Source of the DNA: Thermoprotei archaeon
GTDB lineage: Archaea; Thermoproteota; Thermoprotei; Thermoproteales; B15-G16
Direction of reading: 5' to 3'
DNA length: 64,000 nt
Assembly: GCA_003649205.1 (NCBI GenBank)
Contig: QMRC01000001.1
Span: forward strand, 32,001-96,000
Shown here: one piece after another, positions 52,480 through 61,292 of the stretch
How the letters are laid out: the number at the start of each line of letters is the position of its first letter
How positions within the stretch are numbered: position 1 is the stretch's first letter
Notes under the pieces: generated by a model
What the model was told of the DNA's origin: nothing
The model's database searches: none
What the model saw: only the letters and a program-made list of their open reading frames with translations
Made by a program: the position numbers and the translations under genes

Positions 52480-52920
52480 TTACTTCTTAGCTGGTGCTAG
52501 ACCTGCCTTCACCTTAATCTCATTGAGCTGCTTGATAATCTCCTCAATTAAGTCCTTTGCCTGACCTGGCTCGATTATGCATGCTGATGCTGCAGCAACT
52601 TCAATACCTGCTGCTTGTCCTAGCCTCTGCTTGGATGGTACGTAGATGTATGGTATACCTTTCTCCTCACAGAGTAGTGGTAAGTGTGCAACGATCTCTG
52701 GTGGATCAACGTCCTCAGCTATGAGAACGAGCTTTGCTTGCCCTCTCTCAACTGCTTTAGTCGTCTCATTTGTACCCTTCCTGATCTTACCTGTCTGTCT
52801 AGCTATTGAGAGTGCTTCGTATGCCTTCTCAGCTAGTTCTGGTGGAACTACGAACCTGACGTAGAATGGCTTACCTGGTATTGCTCCTTGTGCATACTCA
52901 CGAATTCTCTCACTTGCCAT
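52480..52920 (-). CDS. rpl7ae: 50S ribosomal protein L7Ae (K-turn binding)
   Basis: [34 protein letters not shown]. Confidence 0.97.
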   Translation of the reverse strand: MASERIREYAQGAIPGKPFYVRFVVPPELAEKAYEALSIARQTGKIRKGTNETTKAVERGQAKLVLIAEDVDPPEIVAHLPLLCEEKGIPYIYVPSKQRLGQAAGIEVAAASACIIEPGQAKDLIEEIIKQLNEIKVKAGLAPAKK

Positions 52921-53053
52921 AGATTCAACACCCCAGTGTGTCAACTAACTCACTATTGTGGCAATTTAAATTTTCCTCGCTGTAGAGAACCTACTTGAAC
53001 TTGGAAGAGAGTTTATAAGGTTGTTACCTTGAGTAAGGTGCAGGTGACTTACC

Positions 53054-53239
53054 GTGCCTAGAGTCTACAGATGTGCATTCTGTGGTCGTGAAATCCCACC
53101 AGGTACAGGCATGACATATGTCAAGAAGGACGGTACGATACTGAGGTTCTGCTCCAGGAAGTGTAGAGTTAGCATGCTAGAGATGAAGAGAGATCCGAGA
53201 AAGCTAAAGTGGACATTGAAGTACAAGAAGCAAGCTTAG
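53054..53239 (+). CDS. rpl24e: 50S ribosomal protein L24e
   Basis: C.FCG..I.PG.G, FCS.KC, PRKLKWT. Confidence 0.97.
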   Translation: MPRVYRCAFCGREIPPGTGMTYVKKDGTILRFCSRKCRVSMLEMKRDPRKLKWTLKYKKQA

Positions 53240-53437
53240 TCAGGTACCTCTAGTAAAACAGCACTGAACCTTATGTAGGGTACATTCCGTAGCTTGATAG
53301 ATATCACTTTTTCACTCAGTACTTCGTGATAGAACCTAGATTGTACGCAGCTCCTAATCTCTAAGTTAGAGTTCAAGGGAGAGAGCAGAATATATACACC
53401 CGAACTCGAGTAAGCTAACGAAAGGAGGTGTAGTTCT

Positions 53438-55264
53438 TTGAGTAGTACTGTCGTTGGTAGTAGAGGCCGAGTGATGAGAATTAGAGCACCTATAGTAGTT
53501 GTGTTAGGTCACGTAGATGTCGGTAAGACCTTACTTCTAGACAAGATCAGGGGTACTGCTGTAGCCTATCGAGAACCGGGTATGATTACTCAGCATGTTG
53601 GTGCTAGCTTCCTCCCCTGGAAAGCCCTCGAGAATTACTGTGGTGAACTTCTCGATATGTTCAAGCTGAGAGGTAAGGTTAAGATACCTGGCTTCCTCAT
53701 GATCGATACCCCAGGTCACGCAGCTTTCTCAAATCTTAGGAAGAGAGGTGGTTCAGTAGCTGACTTAGCTATTCTCGTTATTGATGTTCTCGAGGGTTTT
53801 GAGGAGCAGACATACGAGTGTATTGAGATATTGAAAGCTAGGAAGGTACCTTTTGTAGTTGCTGCTAACAAGATCGATAGGATACCCGGTTGGAAACCAC
53901 AACCCAATAAACCATTTCTGTACTCAATTCAGAAGCAACGTGAAGATGTAGTTGAGAGACTTGAGGAGTTACTCGCGAGAATAATTCTCGAATTCAATAA
54001 ATTAGGTTTCAATGCGGATAGGTACGATAGAGTTAGAGACTTCGCGCACACGGTAGCTATCGTACCTACGAGCGCATTGACGGGTGAGGGCGTTGCTGAT
54101 CTACTACTCGTTCTCGCTGGTATAGCTCAGAGATTCTCACTTGATAAGTTGAAGGTGAGTACTGGTGCTGGTAGAGGTGTCGTGTTGGAGGTGAAGGAGG
54201 AGAAGGGTCTTGGTGTAACAGCCGATGTAATTCTGTACGATGGTATCATCAGGAAAGGAGATACAATCGTTGTTGGTGGTCTCGAGAAGCCCATAGTTAC
54301 GAGAGTTAGAGCACTACTCGTACCCAAGCCAATGGATGAGATGAGAGATCCAGAAGATAGGTTCTACGACATGGATAGAGTTGAGGCTGCTGCAGGTGTT
54401 AAGCTAGTAGCTCCAGACCTGGATAAGGCTGTTGCAGGTGCACCAGTATTCGTAGTTCCTGAAGGTGAAGATGTTGAGAAGTACATTGAGTTAGTGAGAG
54501 CTGAGCTAGCTGAGGTCAGGATACAGAGAGATGTAGAGGGTGTTGTAGCTAAGGCAGATACACTAGGTACTCTTGAGTCCATGGTACTGTACTTAAGAGC
54601 ACACAACATCCCGGTTAGAATAGCAGACATAGGGCCAGTCAGCAAGAGGGACATCTTCGAGGCATACATAGCTAAGCAGAAGAACCCAATGTACGGAGTA
54701 GTACTAGCCTTTAACGTCAAGGTACCACCGGACGTAGAGGATGAAGCAATTAGGAAGGGAGTCAAGATCTTCCAGAGCAACATACTGTATAGACTAGTTG
54801 AGGAGTTCCTCAAGTGGTTCGAAGAGGTAAAGCAGAGAAAGCTAGAGGAAGAGCTCTCTAAGCTCATTAGACCAGCAAAGATCAGGATACTACCAGGCTA
54901 CATCTTCAGAAGGAGCGACCCAGCAATAGTAGGTGTCGAGGTACTCTCAGGTGTCATAAAGCCAGGTTACCCACTAATGAGAGCTGACGGTAGATCACTA
55001 GGACACATAATGCAGATACAGGAACACGGAAAACCACTACCAGAAGCAAGGAAAGGAGCAGCAGTAGCAATCTCAATTAGAGGAAACGTCATAGTAGGTA
55101 GACACATCAAGGAAGGAGACATAGTGTACGTAGACGTACCACTAGAACACTGCTACAGATGGGCATCAGACTACAGACAATACCTATCAGACGACGAAGT
55201 AGAAACCCTGAGAGAAATCCTAAACATAAAGAAAGAGCTAAAAGAGAAACGTAGAGTAGGGTAA
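53438..55264 (+). CDS. infB: Translation initiation factor aIF5B (IF-2)
   Basis: LGHVDVGKT, ITQH, DTPGH, NKID, KADTLG.LE. No intein. Confidence 0.97.
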   Translation: MSSTVVGSRGRVMRIRAPIVVVLGHVDVGKTLLLDKIRGTAVAYREPGMITQHVGASFLPWKALENYCGELLDMFKLRGKVKIPGFLMIDTPGHAAFSNLRKRGGSVADLAILVIDVLEGFEEQTYECIEILKARKVPFVVAANKIDRIPGWKPQPNKPFLYSIQKQREDVVERLEELLARIILEFNKLGFNADRYDRVRDFAHTVAIVPTSALTGEGVADLLLVLAGIAQRFSLDKLKVSTGAGRGVVLEVKEEKGLGVTADVILYDGIIRKGDTIVVGGLEKPIVTRVRALLVPKPMDEMRDPEDRFYDMDRVEAAAGVKLVAPDLDKAVAGAPVFVVPEGEDVEKYIELVRAELAEVRIQRDVEGVVAKADTLGTLESMVLYLRAHNIPVRIADIGPVSKRDIFEAYIAKQKNPMYGVVLAFNVKVPPDVEDEAIRKGVKIFQSNILYRLVEEFLKWFEEVKQRKLEEELSKLIRPAKIRILPGYIFRRSDPAIVGVEVLSGVIKPGYPLMRADGRSLGHIMQIQEHGKPLPEARKGAAVAISIRGNVIVGRHIKEGDIVYVDVPLEHCYRWASDYRQYLSDDEVETLREILNIKKELKEKRRVG

Positions 55265-55278
55265 CCCCCGGTGATCCA

Positions 55279-55758
55279 ATGCCAACATTTAAGGTAGTCA
55301 TCAGCGACCCAATGACAGGACTATCCAAGCAAGTAGAGGTAAAAGACCCAACAGCACAAGCATTCATAGGTAGGAAGATAGGTGATGTACTAGACGGGAA
55401 AATACTCGGACTACCAGAAGGAATTAAGATACAGATAACAGGAGGTAGCGGTAACGAGGGTAGCCCCCTCCTACCATTTATTGAAGGCCCTGTTAAGAGA
55501 TACGCACTGCTCTCAGGGCCACCCGGATTTCATCCAAGGAGAAGAGGTGAAAGAAGGAGAAAGCTAGTTAGGGGCAACACGATAACAGATACCGTCAGTC
55601 AGATTAATGTCAAGATAATCTACCCACCAAACTGGGATAAGGGACCCATCATTACATGGGAAGTTATTGGTAAACAACCAAAGAACAAGAGAATTCAGAA
55701 GCTCTACGAAAAGAAGATTAAGGAAGCTACTAAGCTAGCAAGTCAGACAGGAAAGTGA
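55279..55758 (+). CDS. rps6e: 30S ribosomal protein S6e
   Basis: FKVVISDP, IG.KIGD, ITGGS...G.P, G.RRRK.VRG, QIN.K. Confidence 0.96.
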   Translation: MPTFKVVISDPMTGLSKQVEVKDPTAQAFIGRKIGDVLDGKILGLPEGIKIQITGGSGNEGSPLLPFIEGPVKRYALLSGPPGFHPRRRGERRRKLVRGNTITDTVSQINVKIIYPPNWDKGPIITWEVIGKQPKNKRIQKLYEKKIKEATKLASQTGK

Positions 55759-55787
55759 GGAAGAGGAGAGAGGTGGGTGGGGGTTTC

Positions 55788-56330
55788 CTACATTAACCTG
55801 CTTTTTACGTCTCTAATTGCTTCCTCTATGGTCTCTGGTATCGGTAGGTTAAGCTCATTCTACAGTTCAATAAGTTGAGTAGGTTTTCTGGGTACTTCCT
55901 TACGCCAATTTTGATTGTGTAGTAGAGCTTGTTGTATGTTTGATCTTTACCCCTACATATTGTGTACCTGATGTTGTACTTTCTAAGTAGCTCGACTATC
56001 TTTTCGGAATCTCGTACCTATCTTCTGGTACTCTCGGTACTTCTAAGAACCCTTTACATCGATAGTTCCTCTTGATCCGTAGTAGTACATTCCTAACATT
56101 CGTTACTCTATGACTCGAGATCAATATCTTTCTCGGTTGTTGTTTCTTACCTGGATTTCTCCTTAACCTTATTGAAAAACTCATTTAACTTCAATCCACA
56201 TACCAGTATCTCCTTCATAATTTGAAGAAACTTCAAGAGCTTCATCAGTAAGTATTCCAGCCTTAACTATTAGCTCCTTAAGATCTTTCCCCTCCTTAAC
56301 CTGAATTATGGTGTTAAAGAGGCTTACACA
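55788..56330 (-). pseudogene. Decayed gene remnant with several frameshifts and stops
   Basis: Protein-like fragments in alternating minus frames (IQVKEGKDLKELIVKAGIL..., KIVELLRKYNIRYTICRGKDQTYNKLYYTIKIG..., ELNLPIPETIEEAIRDVKSRLM*). Boundaries approximate. Confidence 0.45.
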
Positions 56331-56402
56331 CCCTATCTATTCCAGACTCCAGACATGGTTAATGCCTTGATATAGAAGCATAGCCCATATAGTTAGGATT
56401 TA

Positions 56403-56927
56403 GTGAGGTGTAGACCTATAGGGAGAGACAAAAGAGATTCACTAATTGCCACTGATCGTAGTAAGGGTAGGAAGGTCACATTGTATTCTATTGTGGTATC
56501 TTCCATGAGGGCTAGGGATGAGCTGACGAGGTATGTTGATACGTTTAAACATGTAAAGTTCCTTAGTAGACATGAACGAACAACATACTTCCCTAAGACA
56601 CTTAGGATTATCAAGACACTCGTTGATGCAGATATTTTGCTAAGTATTGATGTAACTAACTACCTAGGAGTACTTCTAGATCATCTTGAGAAAATTAGTA
56701 ATAGAGTAAATAGAGTACTTGTCGCTGTTACAGATGACTACCTAGTTAATATCACCAGGAATAAGCTTAGAGAATCAGTAGTTATAGCTGAAGGCTCTCT
56801 AAGAAGGTATAGAGTTACGCTAGAAAACCTTGGATTAAAGTCATCTGTAATGTACGTTCTTCTAGGTATTGCTGATACACTAGCAGCTTACACTAGAATA
56901 CAAGTTGAAGATCAGGGCAGAAAATAG
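56403..56927 (+). CDS. Putative DUF3800-like (RNase H-fold) protein
   Basis: N-terminal strand with IATDRSKG (DESG-like), mid-protein VAVTDD, C-terminal LGIADTLAAY (compare the DUF3800 xxADxxA helix). Read by eye only. Confidence 0.5.
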   Translation: MRCRPIGRDKRDSLIATDRSKGRKVTLYSIVVSSMRARDELTRYVDTFKHVKFLSRHERTTYFPKTLRIIKTLVDADILLSIDVTNYLGVLLDHLEKISNRVNRVLVAVTDDYLVNITRNKLRESVVIAEGSLRRYRVTLENLGLKSSVMYVLLGIADTLAAYTRIQVEDQGRK

Positions 56928-56969
56928 AGAAATAAGATCGAAATTATCACTAAAGTGGAGTTTATGAAA

Positions 56970-57034
56970 GGTAGACAAGCTCCGCCCCAACCTCATCCCC
57001 CGGGAGTATCCCCCGGCGGTCGAGGGCTTCATCC
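56970..57034 (-). ncRNA. Putative GC-rich structured ncRNA convergent with the DUF3800-like gene
   Basis: High-GC island in AT-rich flanks. Complementary segments CCGCC 56982-86/GGCGG 57015-19, CCGGG 57000-04/CCCGG 57012-16 and AAGC 56977-80/GCTT 57026-29. Minus-strand BRE-TATA lies 25 nt upstream. Confidence 0.55.
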
Positions 57035-57058
57035 GGATAAATAATAGTTTCTAGAGAA

Positions 57059-57074
57059 TTTATATAGCTTTTGC
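57059..57074 (-). promoter_or_regulatory. Archaeal BRE plus TATA box
   Basis: Minus strand reads GCAAAAGC-TATATAAA, placing a predicted start near G57034. Confidence 0.55.
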
Positions 57075-57115
57075 AACTAAAGCCAAAACCGTAAGCGAGA
57101 TAGTATTAATAAGAG

Positions 57116-57589
57116 GTGGTATTTCTGAGATTGCCTTTTCCTAAGTCTAAGAGATTCTATGTGTATCTATGGATTGACTTAGTCATTAGCTCACTTCTTC
57201 TTTCGTTCATAATTTTTATAACGTTTCTCGCCGCTCTCTCCCAGCAATGGCTTGTTTTCATTATTTTTCTAGGATTTCTTTTCGCCTATGTTTGGTGTTG
57301 GTACTCTAGAGACCTATTTATCTTGAGGAATTGGCGTAAGTGTAAGGTTGTTGTTACTGAAAGCTATGATCCGCATTATTTCAAAGCCAAGGGATTTGAA
57401 TTAAATATAAGGAAAATACCTTTCTCATGGTCTAAATATTACAAAGTAACTGTAAACAATGTAAGCTTTATAGTTTATCCTACGAGAATAACTGGTAAAA
57501 TAATGGTAATTCCAGTGAACATACATTTAATACCGAAAAACGTTAATGAGGAAGATTTACGTAAAATACTCCAATTAATTCCAGCGTAG
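57116..57589 (+). CDS. Hypothetical membrane protein (2 TM), AT-rich
   Basis: 157-aa ORF with two hydrophobic segments and atypical base composition. Confidence 0.55.
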   Translation: MVFLRLPFPKSKRFYVYLWIDLVISSLLLSFIIFITFLAALSQQWLVFIIFLGFLFAYVWCWYSRDLFILRNWRKCKVVVTESYDPHYFKAKGFELNIRKIPFSWSKYYKVTVNNVSFIVYPTRITGKIMVIPVNIHLIPKNVNEEDLRKILQLIPA

Positions 57590-58106
57590 ACCACACCATG
57601 CAAGTTGTGAATTTACACATTCCTACACTTCTAGGCCTCAGCTTTGGGTTATTGTACATTATTACTGGTGCATTGTTCTTTACTTTTATTCGTAGGATTC
57701 TTTGTAGGATTAGGCTTACATCTCGGATTCATAGTAGGCATAAAGAGCTATGGTAAGATGGCCTTTCTAATAGCTTCAAACCTATTAGTTACATGCTTAG
57801 AGGCACTAGGTTTTAAGTAACTCCTCATTTATCTTAAAAGTAACAGTCCTCATAATATCACAGTATTCAAATGCTGTTGATGAAGAAGATAGTAAAGCTT
57901 GTTGGATACTATTTCACTAAGGTTCAGGTTCGCTCCACGAACCTCTTATCACGGTCATTAAGCGTGTCAAAATACCTTGGGATTCCTTCACACAATCTCC
58001 TTAATCCTCCTAACGGTAACCTAAACTTCGCCCAAGACCAGTTCTCTATTTAGACTAGTACTAGTAGATGTATGTAAAAACTATTTCCAGTTTAGACTGC
58101 GAGTAG

Positions 58107-58427
58107 GTGTCTGGTATAGAAGGAACCCTCCTAGAGAAGTATGGAAACAGATTTGTATGGATTTGTTACTACTCTTCATTCCAAAGCGGTTCTATGCCTT
58201 GTAGACTTAGATTTAATGGTGCTTTACGATTATTGTTTTACCTTCTTGATGTTGGTGAAGCTAGTTTTAGTAGAACTAGGAATGATTCGATGAAGTATGA
58301 GACTGTGGCTAGAGCTGTTGAGATACTTAAGGAGGTTGGTTTTATTGAGGAGAGAGTAGACAATAAACCACCATACCCTAGACTAGTTAAATTAACTGAT
58401 AAGGGTAAAAATGCTAGTGAACTCTAA
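58107..58427 (+). pseudogene. Winged-HTH regulator, possibly truncated
   Basis: YETVARAVEILKEVGFIEE...PRLVKLTDKG wHTH motif, with the ORF ending just after the wing. Confidence 0.5.
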
Positions 58428-59020
58428 CAGCTTCGCTCATAAATCCTCTGGATTTTCTCCCCAATTAATCAGTAGTTCCTTATCCAGCACCATTCCATAT
58501 AGTTCTCTTAGCTTCTCAATTACCTTTCCTCCATCCCTTATCTTTTCCTTGTACTACTCTTGCTTCTCAAGAGCTAGTAGTAATGCATTTTCAACACCAC
58601 AAGCATACATACCATTACCCATGGTCCCTTAGCATTCAAGAGGACGCCCCATTGTAATGCGAGGTTTTAGAGTACTCTCAGGTGATGTTATTAATTTATG
58701 ACTAGGCGGGTAAAACCTTTAAAACTAGACGAGGAAACATATCAGACCTAGGCTTATGGTATAGTAGTAAGGCTAAGCTTTACTTTAGGAAAGGGGAAGA
58801 GCTATTTCAGCAATATAGGTTTCCATAAGCATTCAGTTATTTCAGGAAAGTATAGCGTTTACCTCAAAATTATCTGTGAATTCTTTAAAATTATCATTAA
58901 AATTATCATTACTAAAAATTACCATAAAGAACATTATGTCAGTGAGCATCTAGAGAAAATAGCCAAAGATATAGACTCCCTTAAGAAAGAGCTTTCACGA
59001 TTAGCCCTAGCATCTAGTCG

Positions 59021-59752
59021 ATGGGTGAGAATGCGACAAAAGACCAGAGGAATTATACGACATGGAAATCAGCGTCCAACGTACTAAACATGTTCAGAAA
59101 CTTCTCAACACTCTTTCTTCCCTTTGGTGCTTCAAGATCTAGATTAAATACTCGGAGAGAATCAAATAAGCAAGCGCAACCAGAAGGCTTGAAAGATCCT
59201 CAGTATAGTAGAGGAGATGGCATAGTTAGTCGAGCAAAATTTGATTACGTAGATCTCTTAATACTAAAGGAGCTAGAGAAAGAAGCACCAAGAGCACCAG
59301 AGGAGCTATCACGAACATTGAATATATGTTCAAAATCGATAAAAAGACATTTCAATAAGCACATCCTCAGGAGAGGTCTCATTGAAGCTCTTCGCATAAG
59401 ATGCTTCTGGTGGAAACCGGAAGAGGCATTATGGTACTCGATGTCGATTACATTTAGCTCAGAAAGTTTCGTTAAATCATTTATAAATACACTATATGGA
59501 TCACCAATAGTTCAATAATTTCTGCTAACAACAAAAGCACGACACATCCTAGTATCAATAGTGCTACCACGAAGCGAAGTAGTAGGTTTATTAAACTTCG
59601 TAAAAAGATTGAAGCATCACAACATTATCACAAAGCTTGAAATGTACCAGTTAGTACTGGATAGCTTCAAGAACTTTACAATACCTTATGAATGCTATGC
59701 AGAAGAGCCAGCTTCTGGAAGTTACCTGTGTCCAGTATTTAGAGTTTTTTAA
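59021..59752 (+). pseudogene. Lrp/AsnC-like HTH regulator interrupted by an in-frame TAA (59516-59518)
   Basis: FDYVDLLILKELE...EELSRTL...SIKRHF.KHI HTH. ORF 59561-59752 continues in the same frame and ends ...FTIPYE. Confidence 0.6.
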
Positions 59753-59830
59753 CTTTACTGCCATGGCAGCCAAGATACATGATAGGTATGCATACCTACT
59801 CTGGCTTAGATCGTGAATACGGTGCTGAGA

Positions 59831-59944
59831 ATGAGGCCAAAAGATATGAGAAGTAGGGTGCTAGTACTCGAAAGGGCTAAGAGCACAATGCTAACAGAGC
59901 CTAACTTCTTCTGTGGGAGCTTCATATCACCTGTACGTACATAG
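59831..59944 (+). CDS. Putative RiPP precursor peptide, 37 aa: MRPKDMRSRVLVLERAKSTMLTEPNFFCGSFISPVRT
   Basis: Manually translated. GGTG RBS at 59821-59824, and the stop codon lies 10 nt before the radical SAM ATG. Below the ORF-track length cutoff. Confidence 0.65.
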   Translation: MRPKDMRSRVLVLERAKSTMLTEPNFFCGSFISPVRT

Positions 59945-59954
59945 AGGGATCACC

Positions 59955-61292
59955 ATGTTCAAACTCTCGAAATTCACTTTATTTTTCCCATATAATGAAA
60001 ACTACGTACTACTTTACAACACCTTGACGAAAGCAATAGCACTAGTCACAAAAGATCTAGCCTATGCACTACGCTCTGGTAATTTTAATGAACTCAGCAA
60101 GGATGAACTCAATGAGCTGTTAAGTAATGGCTTTTTAGTAGAAAAAGATATTGACGAAACAAAACTGCTGATATACCACAGCTATAGATCAATCTTCAAC
60201 TACTCATACCTAAACTTGGTACTTCACATCACATCAGCATGTAATATGAGCTGTATATACTGTTATGAAGGGCCTAAACGAGGACTACATATGGATGAGA
60301 AGGTATGTCAAAATGTAGTGAAGTTCGTTAAGAGGATTGTAGAATGTAGAGGATCAAGGAACGTTGTCACATTACTTCACGGTGGAGAACCTCTCCTGAA
60401 TTATAGGATCCTACTAACGTACTGTCGAGAAATCTATAAGCTCGCTGATGAATATAGGTTGAAAGTAGAGAATATATTGATAACTAATGGTACATTGTTG
60501 ACAAAAGATAAAATTGATACTATATCATGCCTTGTGAACGAAGTACAGGTAACGCTTGATGGTCCTAGAGATATACACGACTTCCGACGACCTTTCATTG
60601 ATGGTAAGGGGACGTTTGATGTAATACTGAGAAATGTGCTTGAGATTGTTGACAGAGTGCAGACCCTAAGTATCAGAATAAATGTTGATAAGCAGAATGT
60701 TATGTACATCACTAAGCTGCTTGACTTACTCAGGGACTATGGTCTTAATAGGAGAAATGTCCTTATAGGTTTTGGTCGAGTATTTGTACCAAGGGTCAGT
60801 AATGGTAGGTACAATCCTGACTGGATTTTCAGTTACAGAGAATTCGTAGATGTCCTCATTGGTCTTCAGAAAGAGGCATTGAGAAGGGGGTTCAAGATAG
60901 TTAGGAAGATAGAGTTAAGGCCTTGCCCTGCATTGCACGATAATAGCTTCGCAGTAGATGAGAGGGGTAAAATATACAAATGTCCTGTATTTGTATGGGA
61001 TGAGAGATTCGCTATTGGAAACATAGATGATCTTGAGATTGCTCTCTTCAGAAATTCATTCGCTAATTACTTGGACTTCATACTAGAGGTTCCTTGGCAG
61101 AAACATTTGGGATGTCCATACTTGCCAATGTGTTACGCTGGCTGCACATACGAGTCTATAGTGCTTAAGGGTAAGATCAATGAGGTATGCTGTCCAAGGG
61201 ATTACTTTGAAAAGTTAGGTGAATTACTTAGGCTCTACGTGGAGTCAAGATATGGAGATGTTCTTGAGAGGTTTAGTAGATGCAGGTGCTGA
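59955..61292 (+). CDS. Radical SAM/SPASM-domain peptide maturase with N-terminal RRE-like region
   Basis: CNMSCIYC, GGEPLL, TNGTLL, QVTLDG..HD..R, SPASM CPA...G.IYKC...HxxCPYLPMCYAGC...CC. N-terminus LYNTLT...L..NGFLV is wHTH-like. Start reassigned to ATG 59955. Confidence 0.85.
   Translation: MFKLSKFTLFFPYNENYVLLYNTLTKAIALVTKDLAYALRSGNFNELSKDELNELLSNGFLVEKDIDETKLLIYHSYRSIFNYSYLNLVLHITSACNMSCIYCYEGPKRGLHMDEKVCQNVVKFVKRIVECRGSRNVVTLLHGGEPLLNYRILLTYCREIYKLADEYRLKVENILITNGTLLTKDKIDTISCLVNEVQVTLDGPRDIHDFRRPFIDGKGTFDVILRNVLEIVDRVQTLSIRINVDKQNVMYITKLLDLLRDYGLNRRNVLIGFGRVFVPRVSNGRYNPDWIFSYREFVDVLIGLQKEALRRGFKIVRKIELRPCPALHDNSFAVDERGKIYKCPVFVWDERFAIGNIDDLEIALFRNSFANYLDFILEVPWQKHLGCPYLPMCYAGCTYESIVLKGKINEVCCPRDYFEKLGELLRLYVESRYGDVLERFSRCRC

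Noticed and set aside
1456-55367. Many short antisense or alternate-frame ORFs in the track (for example 16642-17238, 17717-18190, 19021-19572, 20626-21174, 54364-54867)
   Set aside because: They lie within well-supported conserved genes, are Ser/Leu/Thr-rich shadow translations and show no motifs.
57871-58632. Track ORFs 57871-58053 and 58411-58632
   Set aside because: Their composition looks like antisense shadows of decayed minus-strand fragments, and no family is recognisable.
58700-58750. Possible IS200/IS605-like end remnant (GGCGGGTAAAACCTTT...GAGGAAACATATCAG)
   Set aside because: Too degenerate, with no clear hairpin and no tnpA or tnpB fragment recognised.
59913-59954. GTG start for the radical SAM protein
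   Set aside because: It overlaps the candidate precursor ORF. ATG 59955 gives a typical maturase N-terminus.
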